The position numbers and the translations under genes were made by a program. A model generated the notes under the pieces. That model saw only the letters and a list, made by a program, of their open reading frames with translations. It was not told the DNA's origin and ran no database searches. Below, piece after piece: positions 1 to 8,937 of a DNA stretch of 20,000 nucleotides. The DNA comes from Fistulifera solaris (Eukaryota). The stretch covers positions 917,902 through 937,901 of the forward strand of contig AP026172.1 of the NCBI GenBank assembly GCA_030295235.1, written 5' to 3'. Position 1 is the stretch's first letter. Each line of letters starts with the position of its first letter.

Positions 1-2243
1 GCGAATCAAAGCATCTTCACTGTCAAACATGAATTCAGCCAAGGCTTTGCAAAGCAGAGTCTTACCAACACCCGTCGGACCCAAAAAGATAAAAGACGCG
101 ATTGGCTTGTCGGGGTCATTGAGACCAGCTCGGGATCGTTGCACGGCCTCTGTTACGGCCTCGACGGCTTCTTCTTGGCCGACGACACGATTCTTTAGCT
201 TTTCGCCCATGGTCAAAATACGATCTTTCTCGGTTTCTAACAATTTACCGGGAGGGATTCCGGTCCAAACAGCCACGACCGCCGCAATATCGTCGGCAAC
301 GACTTCGTCGCGAAGCATCTTTTCGCGGTTGTTCATGTCAGATTCCGTTTCCATGGCATCCAATTGCGCCAGTTCCTCCTCTAAAGGCGGAAGGGCCGAG
401 AACTTCAATTCAGCCGCCTTGTTCAAATCATACTCGCGTTCCGCTTTTTCGATCTCAAACTTTATACCTTGAATCTTTTCTTTCAACTCGTTAAGGCGAT
501 TTACACCACCTTTCTCAGCCATCCAACGAGCGGTCAAGTCCTGCTGTTCCTTTTGAAGCTGAAGAAGCTCCTCATCCAACTTGGCCAGACGGTACGACTC
601 TTCTGGCGTCGAAGATCCATCTTTTTCAAAATCGGAGCGCAACGATAGCCGTTCCATTTCCAATTGAATAATGCGGCGATCAATTTCATCCAAGATCACG
701 GGCTTGCTGGTGATTTCATTTTTGAGTTTTGCACAGGCTTCGTCGACAAGATCAATAGCCTTGTCGGGCAGAAAACGGTCCGGGATGTACCGATGACTAA
801 GTTTGGCCGCCGCAAGTAAGGCTTCATCACGGATGCGAATACCGTGGTGCAATTCGTAACGTGGTTTAAGACCACGTAAAATACTGACAGTGTCTTCAGG
901 GGTTGGCTGATCAATCATAACTTGTTGAAACCGACGTTCCAAAGCCTTATCCTTCTCAATGTATTTTCGATACTCGTTCACTGTAGTCGCACCGATGCAA
1001 CGCAATTGTCCTCGAGCCAAGGCTGGCTTCAAGAGATTACTGGCATCCATGGATCCCTGTGCGGACCCAGCGCCGACAACAGTATGCATTTCGTCAATAA
1101 ACAGAATAATCTCTCCATCACTCTTCATGACTTCCTCGAGAACGGCTTTGAGTCGCTCCTCAAATTCACCACGCATCGTGGCACCAGCTACCAATGCTCC
1201 GAGGTCGAGACCAATTAGACGACTGCCTTTCAAACTCTCCGGAACGTCTCCGTCGACGATACGCTGGGCAATACCCTCCGCAACAGCCGTCTTTCCAACT
1301 CCAGGGTCTCCAATCAGCACAGGATTGTTCTTGGTTCGTCGCGATAGTATTTGAATAGCACGTCGGATTTCGTCATCACGACCGATCACTGGGTCTAGTT
1401 TGCCTTCACGTGCTCGTTCGGTGAAATCAATGCCATATTTGTTTAGTGCATCGTACATATTCTCTGCACTTCGCGAGATGACGGGCCCCGACTTTTCACG
1501 CATGCCTTTGACAATAGTAAGCAAGTCCTGGTATTTAACATTTTGCTTGAATAGAGCATCGCGGGTAAAGAGGGAATCTTCCTTGGCGAGCGCCAGCAAG
1601 AGTCCTTCCGACGACACGAATGAATCCTGTGAAACATAAAAGCAATGGGAATGAGTCAAGGAGTAGATACGACTACCATAGCATCTCCTGAATCATCACT
1701 TACACCTAGTACACTCTTTACTTGCGTCGCACCGTCCAACACGGCTTGCAACGATCGTCCCATGGTCTTTTGTGCACCGGAATCCGCACTGACCTTGGCC
1801 TGTCTCGCCAAAAAGTCGTCAAGTTCTCGACGCAAGTCGCTCACGTTACATTGAGCTTGCGTCAGAATGCGTTCCACAACCTTGCGCGCCGCTTCCGCGT
1901 CGTCACCGGCGTTGTGTTTTTTGGGATTGAGCAGTAAATCCAGCATCAAAGGTGCTTCAACATTCGTCGATTGATGAAATTCGGCGGCTTTAGTCAAACT
2001 CGCGATCGCACTCCAGGCCGCGTCAGTGTATTTGGCTTGATTAAAGTCATCAGCAGCCATCTGGAGTCTAGTAGAGAGACGATAGGGTTTGCTTGTCAAG
2101 AACAAAGAGGGAGACAAAGTGTTTGGCGATCGAGAAATAGTCGACGAAGGCACGAGTGCGGCAGGACAAAAGGCATTCGTATGTTGCCATGATGTCGACG
2201 CAATACTTAAAAGAATAACAACTGCGCTATTTCCAATCTTCAT
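1..2243 (-). CDS. clpB: Plastid-targeted ClpB/Hsp100 disaggregase, 3'-truncated by the window edge; exons 2243-1704 and 1626-<1
   Basis: Manual translation of exon 2 gives [39 protein letters not shown] (Walker A1), IILFIDEMH (Walker B), [23 protein letters not shown], a coiled-coil M-domain ([14 protein letters not shown]) and [10 protein letters not shown] (Walker A2). The N-terminus [22 protein letters not shown] is a signal peptide plus an ASAFAP-like motif and a Ser/Arg-rich transit peptide. Confidence 0.96.
1627..1703 (-). other. 77-nt spliceosomal intron in clpB
   Basis: GTAAGT donor at 1703 and TTTCACAG acceptor at 1627; phase-0 splicing gives the in-frame join [19 protein letters not shown] typical of Clp N-domains. 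Confidence 0.92.
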
Positions 2244-3073
2244 GCTTGTCTGTTTGAGCGCAGCAACAGAAGAATGAAAGGAATACGATTGATAATTACC
2301 ACTTGTCGTTCAAAAAGACGCAAAGGGAAAAATAATGAGCTATTTCGTTGCTTTCGTGTTTCGGGTTCGCTTGACATCGCTTCGTTTCGCCATCGAACGC
2401 AGTGCGCGCGTTCAACAAAACAAGGTATAGTACCTTTGAAACTTGATAACGGTCATAATTTTGCTTTGTAATTTGTACTGAAATAAATCCAATATATGAC
2501 AAAATGAAACAAAAATGGAAATTTCAGTCGAATGTCAAAATTACATTCTGACTTTAAGAAACGTAGGAATAAATATTAGGATTATCTTCAGCAAAACTCT
2601 TGACACCTGACACGTGGAACGTTTTCCGATGATTGCGCGACGTAATTCCGACAATGGCGCCTTCCTTCATTGCGTGAAACTTGGCCTTCAATTTAAAACT
2701 GCCTTGTCATCCTGTATCAAAGAATGATATTTGCTCAGAACGATTCACAATTAGTGAGCTCGCGATGTTCAAAGGAAGGTCACACCGCTTAATAGCGACG
2801 TTACATCGTCAAGGAGAACGTCGATGGTCGATGTGTCGAAAATATACAACAATTTGCAGCTGCAAAAAAAAGTGATTATCCAATTGCGATTGCGCATCAC
2901 TACGTTGAACGAAATATTTCGAGGAAGTGATGATGGTGCAAACATTGCGTGGAACTGATCTGATCGGACGAAACTAAAAGGAAGGATTTGGCTTGCAGTT
3001 CACGAAAGGTGCAGCGCCTACTTTTGCCTAAAGATTATTATCGCCTAAAATGCTGCTTGAACCCTAAGATGGC

Positions 3074-5002
3074 CTACATGCGACGGCTTCCCGAATCGGC
3101 CGAGTCCTTGCTGGCACTGTCGAGATGACGGCGACTTCCCGAATCTGCCGAGTGCTTGCTGGCACTGTCGAGGTGACGGCGACTTCCCGAATCTGCCGAG
3201 TCGTTGCTGGCACTGTCGAGGTGACGGCGACTTCCCGAATCGGCCGAGTCCTTGCTGGCACTGTCGAGGTGACGGCGACTTCCCGAATCGGCCGAGTCGT
3301 TGCTGGCACTGTCGAGATGACGGCGACTTCCCGAATCGGCCGAGTCCTTGCTGGCACTGTCGAGGTGACGGCGACTTCCCGAATCGGCCGAGTCGTTGCT
3401 GGCACTGTCGAGATGACGGCGGCTTCCCGAATCGGCCGAGTCCTTGCTGGCACTGTCGAGATGACGGCGACTTCCCGAATCGGCCGAGTCGTTGCTGGCA
3501 CTGTCGAGGTGACGGCGACTTCCCGAATCTGCCGAGTCCTTGCTGGCACTGTCGAGGTGACGGCGACTTCCCGAATCGGCCGAGTCCTTGCTGGCACTGT
3601 CGAGGTGACGGCGGCTTCCCGAATCGGCCGAGTCGTTGCTGGCACTGTCGAGGTGACGGCGACTTCCCGAATCTGCCGAGTCGTTGCTGGCACTGTCGAG
3701 GTGACGGCGACTCCCCGAATCGGCCGAGTCGTTGCTGGCACTGTCAAGGTGACGGCGACTTCCCGAATCGGCCGAGTCGTTGCTGGCACTGTCGAGGTGA
3801 CGGCGACTTCCCGAATCTGCCGAGTCGTTGCTGGCACTGTCGAGGTGACGGCGACTTCCCGAATCGGCCGAGTCCTTGCTGGCACTGTCGAGATGACGGC
3901 GACTTCCCGAATCGGCCGAGTCGTTGCTGGCACTGTCGAGGTGACGGCGACTTCCCGAATCTGCCGAGTCCTTGCTGGCACTGTCGAGGTGACGGCGACT
4001 TCCCGAATCGGCCGAGTCGTTGCTGGCACTGTCGAGGTGACGGCGACTTCCCGAATCGGCCGAGTCGTTGCTGGCACTGTCGAGGTGACGGCGACTTCCC
4101 GAATCTGCCGAGTGCTTGCTGGCACTGTCGAGGTGACGGCGGCTTCCCGAATCGGCCGAGTCGTTGCTGGCACTGTCGAGGTGACGGCGACTTCCCGAAT
4201 CGGCCGAGTCGTTGCTGGCACTGTCGAGGTGACGGCGACTTCCCGAATCTGCCGAGTGCTTGCTGGCACTGTCGAGGTGACGGCGGCTTCCCGAATCGGC
4301 CGAGTCGTTGCTGGCACTGTCGAGGTGACGGCGACTTCCCGAATCGGCCGAGTCGTTGCTGGCACTGTCGAGGTGACGGCGACTTCCCGAATCGGCCGAG
4401 TCGTTGCTGGCACTGTCGAGGTGACGGCGGCTTCCCGAATCGGCCGAGTCCTTGCTGGCACTGTCGAGGTGACGGCGACTTCCCGAATCGGCCGAGTCGT
4501 TGCTGGCACTGTCGAGGTGACGGCGACTTCCCGAATCTGCCGAGTCCTTGCTGGCACTGTCGAGGTGACGGCGACTTCCCGAATCTGCCGAGTCGTTGCT
4601 GGCACTGTCGAGGTGACGGCGACTTCCCGAATCGGCCGAGTCGTTGCTGGCACTGTCGAGGTGACGGCGACTTCCCGAATCTGCCGAGTCCTTGCTGGCA
4701 CTGTCGAGGTGACGGCGACTTCCCGAATCGGCCGAGTCGTTGCTGGCACTGTTGAGGTGACGGCGACTTCCCGAATCTGCCGAGTCGTTGCTGGCACTGT
4801 CGAGGTGACGGCGACTTCCCGAATCGGCCGTGTCGTTGCTGGCACTGTCGAGATGACGGCGGCTTCCCGAATCGGCCGATTTCTTAGAGTCGTTGCTTGC
4901 CAAGAAACGCTTTCGCAACATCTGGTTGCCGCTTGGAATCTCACTTGAGCTTCCGCACGTCAAAGAGACGAGGAAGAAGAGGGTTGCAGTTGGGAACTTC
5001 AT
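3074..5002 (-). CDS. Secreted tandem-repeat polyprotein (642 aa): signal peptide, short pro-region, then 37 x RRHLDSAS(N/K)(D/H)SADSGS; silacidin/silaffin-like peptide precursor
   Basis: ATG start, hydrophobic leader MKFPTATLFFLVSLTCG, LRKRFL site, uninterrupted ORF. Most nucleotide variants between units are synonymous in this frame (CAC/CAT, AGT/AGC, GCC/GCA, CTC/CTT, GGA/GGG), which identifies it as the true frame. Confidence 0.88.
   Translation of the reverse strand: MKFPTATLFFLVSLTCGSSSEIPSGNQMLRKRFLASNDSKKSADSGSRRHLDSASNDTADSGSRRHLDSASNDSADSGSRRHLNSASNDSADSGSRRHLDSASKDSADSGSRRHLDSASNDSADSGSRRHLDSASNDSADSGSRRHLDSASKDSADSGSRRHLDSASNDSADSGSRRHLDSASKDSADSGSRRHLDSASNDSADSGSRRHLDSASNDSADSGSRRHLDSASNDSADSGSRRHLDSASKHSADSGSRRHLDSASNDSADSGSRRHLDSASNDSADSGSRRHLDSASKHSADSGSRRHLDSASNDSADSGSRRHLDSASNDSADSGSRRHLDSASKDSADSGSRRHLDSASNDSADSGSRRHLDSASKDSADSGSRRHLDSASNDSADSGSRRHLDSASNDSADSGSRRHLDSASNDSADSGSRRHLDSASNDSADSGSRRHLDSASNDSADSGSRRHLDSASKDSADSGSRRHLDSASKDSADSGSRRHLDSASNDSADSGSRRHLDSASKDSADSGSRRHLDSASNDSADSGSRRHLDSASKDSADSGSRRHLDSASNDSADSGSRRHLDSASKDSADSGSRRHLDSASNDSADSGSRRHLDSASKHSADSGSRRHLDSASKDSADSGSRRM
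3086..4861 (-). repeat. Coding tandem array of 37 x 48 bp (minus-strand consensus CGCCGTCACCTCGACAGTGCCAGCAACGACTCGGCCGATTCGGGAAGT), with a partial unit extending to 4879
   Basis: Directly visible; 1776 bp / 48 = 37 units, no indels. Confidence 0.98.
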
Positions 5003-5098
5003 GTTCGATGAACTTTTGCTGTTTTTCCTTCGGATGTTTTGATTAATGAGCTTGAAAGAGACAAACTAGGAAGATACAGAATTTTGTGATCTACCTGT

Positions 5099-5278
5099 TG
5101 ACGTCAGTATATCTTCCACGTTTCTCACTTCTCGCTCACCTTCGCACGAATCGCCAATCCCACATCTGTCCAAGTATGGAACACGGAGTAAATAATTGCG
5201 ACCAGATTATTTATGAATCATGAATGGCGTAAATATATATATTGACAATTCTGTATACATTTTTCAAGCATGACTCAT
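5099..5278. promoter_or_regulatory. Candidate bZIP sites upstream of the repeat polyprotein: TGACGTCA (5099-5106), ATGAATCAT (5213-5221), ATGACTCAT (5270-5278)
   Basis: Perfect CRE-type and AP-1/GCN4-type palindromes within about 100-280 bp of the ATG at 5002; function is inferred only. Confidence 0.3.
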
Positions 5279-6534
5279 TGCGAGTTGCGAGCCGAGACCA
5301 AAAATCTAATTCAATTTTGAAAAGGTTACAGATTTCTATGAAATCTTCTTAGATGGAGTAGACTAGGATGTTGTATGATACTTGGCTGTGATTGACAAAG
5401 CATACTTCTTAAAGAAAAGAGTCAAGAGACTGGTCTAGGGTCTAGGTGATAACATTAAGTATCGCGTCAGGTATAGTGGCAGTCGCTCAAATTGACTTTT
5501 AATTTTTAATAGTGGGAATTGGATATACGATATTGTTTGTTACTCCGTAGCTTTTAAACGGTTTTTGGTTTCAGCTTCTTAAGAAAATTCAATCCCCCCC
5601 CCTCGTTGCTCGTTAGTCGTTAGTCATATTTATTACCTGGTACTTAGATGTTAGAAAAAGTGAGTTGTGACTGCAAACAAAATTTGGTTTCCCATTTTCC
5701 ATTTCCAACGGTTGCTTTGGATTTTATGTGTTCGAGTGAAATGTGAAATGTGAAACGTCGTAGGTGGTAGTTGTAGGTGGTGTGAAAACGTGCTTCGTGC
5801 GGAGTCTCAGTAAATTTGGCCTATAATACAGCCTAAGGCTTAAGTGGTACACACTTGGTGTACTCGACGCTTGAAACTTGAAACTTGGTTCCTGACTCCT
5901 GACTCCTGACGCGTTGAGATCCGAAACCGAAACTGGTATCAGAAATCTTAAATCAAGAGGGCCTTTTAGGACCATCGAAACCGCTTACCGCTGTTTTTAA
6001 AATTTTGAAATTATTGGTCCGAGTGTCGGGTTTCGGGTCTGCCGCTTGCCGCTATGGCTACTACGTAGTACAGTACCTGGTACTTGCTAATTTGTGGTCC
6101 GTTCGTTTTGCTACAGGGTAAGCCGTAGTTTCAGTGACATTTTTATGTAGGCATCGATTGTTTACGTCGTAAATGCTTCGAAAATAGTAACTTCCTATGA
6201 TTATAAACCCAGGAACTATGAATGTGTTGACGTGTTGACCACTTACTTCCACGACTGCAAATTTGTCGTGAGTTGTTAGTCACAACCACTCTAGTTCCGG
6301 CGGAAAATTTTTCGTGCTCCCAGCGGGACGTCATACCCGGGACCCAGTTACCCCGGGACCATCGTTACGTTGCACGTTGCACCACACGGACACCCGTTTT
6401 CACACGTATAGCTAGCGCGCAATTATAAACACACCCGTTTTCACGGAGTACTGAGTAGGAACATAATAAATTGGCAGTTCATTGTTTATGATGAAGGGCT
6501 CAAACATTGCAGACGACTCCGGCAAGCTGCAATC

Positions 6535-7134
6535 TTAGTTCTGATCATCGGTGCTGTCATGTGCAATATCATCTGCGCTATCGGTGTCGTTATTATGCGT
6601 TTCAATCATCGCGTATCCACTTTCGCAACCCGTGGCGTTCAACACAATTTTCAAAAACGCCCTTTCACAGCCACTGAAATTTATGTTGTTGCCCACGCCC
6701 GTGATTTCGCAACCACTCCTATCCGTTTCGATTACCATTGATCCATGGTTGCAGTTACTGATGTTCATTTCGATTTCGAGAACTACGTCGGTGTGGTTAA
6801 TCACAATTGTCTCGTCATCAGCACTATCGGAATCGCGGTACAGGACGTTGTTCGAATCGCTGTCGTCGCTCTTATCGTCGGAGGAATTTGCGTTATGTTG
6901 AAGGCGACGACCAAAAGAGTGTACAATTGTCGACAAGCGGTCAAACGGGGCGATGCCCACGCTTTCTAGCTCGAACCGGTGCTTTCTTAAAAGCGAACTC
7001 GAATGAGGGCTCAGGTTTGCATGCGTCGGTTCATCTAGATCGCTTTTGACCTCGTGGTTGGGCAATGAAGCGAGGACCAAGAACGATTCTTTCAGAAACG
7101 CAGACACGAAAAGACAAAGTAAACGGCAATTCAT
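6535..7134 (-). CDS. Putative secreted acidic protein (199 aa) with an RRLQ processing site, Asp/Ser-rich segments and a two-repeat Cys-containing domain
   Basis: Hydrophobic N-terminus MNCRLLCLFVSAFL; GRRLQ followed by HNANSSDDKSDDSDS; several N-x-S/T sequons; single ORF with ATG start. Confidence 0.7.
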   Translation of the reverse strand: MNCRLLCLFVSAFLKESFLVLASLPNHEVKSDLDEPTHANLSPHSSSLLRKHRFELESVGIAPFDRLSTIVHSFGRRLQHNANSSDDKSDDSDSNNVLYRDSDSADDETIVINHTDVVLEIEMNISNCNHGSMVIETDRSGCEITGVGNNINFSGCERAFLKIVLNATGCESGYAMIETHNNDTDSADDIAHDSTDDQN

Positions 7135-8147
7135 CCTTTCAAGATTTGATGATCAACATTGGCGAGAAAGAAAATATAGGGAACCTTTTATGAAAAGAAT
7201 GAGTGGGTGCAAAAAAGTTAAAAAATGAGAATCTTTCCGTTTTACGTTTGCGGGGTAACATCATCGGAACTCTATCGGGTTCTTTGAGAACCACGAAAGT
7301 ACTTGCAGGCGATTCTCTTTCCCTGGACGAGGCGACATACGGCTAAACTGCGTCGTCTCAAGATAAAGTATTTCATTTATTTGTCGTTAACTGCTGCGCT
7401 GTAATGATGTTATGGTTGTCACCTTTCATGGAATTTAATGTAAACTAATTCGTTAGTCTTTGGCGAAATAGAAACAGTATGAACAACAAGCCGACAATTC
7501 CCTATCACGATGATTTCTCCGATTGTTGGCAGAGAACCGTGTAGCTTTAGCCAAAAGAATGGTGTGTTCACTACAATCCAGTTGAGCCTATTGTGGCCGA
7601 CGCTTGTCATCCGAGATGGAAAGAGCAATCAGAAGTGTTGGTGTTTGCAACTCTGAAAGCGAGGCTAAAGAAAGTCTGCATCAATACGGAATAGATTTTA
7701 TGATGATGGTGCTTTCTCACTCGAAAAGAGTTTTTATGAAAAAAGCCCGCCGACTAGATAGCTGTATAAACCTAACTCATTAGCTGATACCCATCTCTGA
7801 TCTGCTTGGTTGAGCAGCTAAACCAACGTGAAAACCAAATATTAAAGAAACAAATTGGATAGATCATTATTTGTAAATGCGACTACCGTTAGCGACGATG
7901 GTTCTTTCCCGTGACATATTAAAGCGACCGGCCTCATTGACAAGAATGCAAAAGAAGACATGAAAATAGTCTCTGTAGTCACTAATTTACAGCGTGATTA
8001 GTTCATCGAGCGGCGACCCCGCTCATGGGACAAAAAAGAAGAAAAGATTTGAAAAGCACCAACAACGAGATGACGCATTCCATTTCGTCGCCGAACTAAC
8101 ACTCCCTGATGCGCTTCCACTGTTTTCGTCTCATTTAGACAATTGTT

Positions 8148-8333
8148 TCAGCAATGACGCTCGCTATCGAGTTGATCCGCTTTTCTTAAAGATTCTTTCA
8201 CTTCTCCGCTCTTCAAAGACGAAGGCTTCGGTTCGATCATGACGAGGTGGATCTTGTTGTTCGTGGAGAGGAGGCTCGAATTTATTCCCGGCGAAGCTAC
8301 CAAAATGAACAAAGGTAGAAAAGAGAGTTTCAT
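8148..8333 (-). CDS. Possible small secreted peptide ORF (61 aa, MKLSFLPLFILVASPG...) or a truncated gene
   Basis: CAAAC-ATG context and a signal-peptide-like MK plus hydrophobic N-terminus; short, with no recognisable domain. Confidence 0.35.
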   Translation of the reverse strand: MKLSFLPLFILVASPGINSSLLSTNNKIHLVMIEPKPSSLKSGEVKESLRKADQLDSERHC

Positions 8334-8937
8334 GTTTGAATGAGTAAAGTTGATTGCTTCTTCGATGCAATGAAGATGAACGAAGAATGACAACAGCGCT
8401 AAAGAAAACGTTAGTGTCGTCGGCGTATGTATTGGCGTCTCTAAAAATGGTTGTGTGGACTGTCGATTATAGAGTATGCGCAATCCTGCGCAATGAATCG
8501 TGCGAAAAAGGAAAATTCCTATGTACCTGGTAGCAAGTCAGAAAGCGAAAAGCAGACGTCATTACACGTCAGGTGCTTTGGGTGTCGCTCGTAGTTTACA
8601 GTTTAAGGAGCTAGGGGTAACCGATTTACCCCGCATATTACCAGTGTTTCTTCGTTTCATTGGCAACGCAACAACTTCCGCACGCGAGAATAATTTCGGG
8701 ACGGATCTTTCAATCGACTTTTTGTCGGATAGGCTTCAACACAAGGATAATAAATGTGGGGTCTCAGCTCGACTAAGATGCCAACGTCATGCGACATTAT
8801 ACTACATAGTAATCATGAAATTTGACATTTAGTAAGAGATATACTGAGCATAGTTGTCACCAATTCATGTTCGAATTCAAAAATATGAATGACTAAAACG
8901 GAGCACAACGGACTAAGGATCGCTTCTGGTATTCCCC

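Noticed and set aside
41..80. ClpB second Walker A reads GVGKTLL instead of the usual GVGKTEL
   Set aside because: The GKT core is intact; a single substitution is too little to claim altered function.
29..2277. Many short ORFs overlapping clpB
   Set aside because: Antisense or alternative-frame shadows of a conserved gene.
2500..2640. Heat-shock element upstream of clpB
   Set aside because: Only one GAAnnTTC unit (GAAATTTC near 2518); no three-pentamer HSE.
3086..4861. CRISPR-like array
   Set aside because: Head-to-tail units with no unique spacers, a eukaryotic context and no cas genes.
3064..4948. Two other 600+ aa ORFs over the array (3064-4944 minus, 3125-4948 plus)
   Set aside because: Shadow frames of a stop-free 48-bp unit; they lack signal peptides, and unit variants that are silent in the RRHL frame change residues in them.
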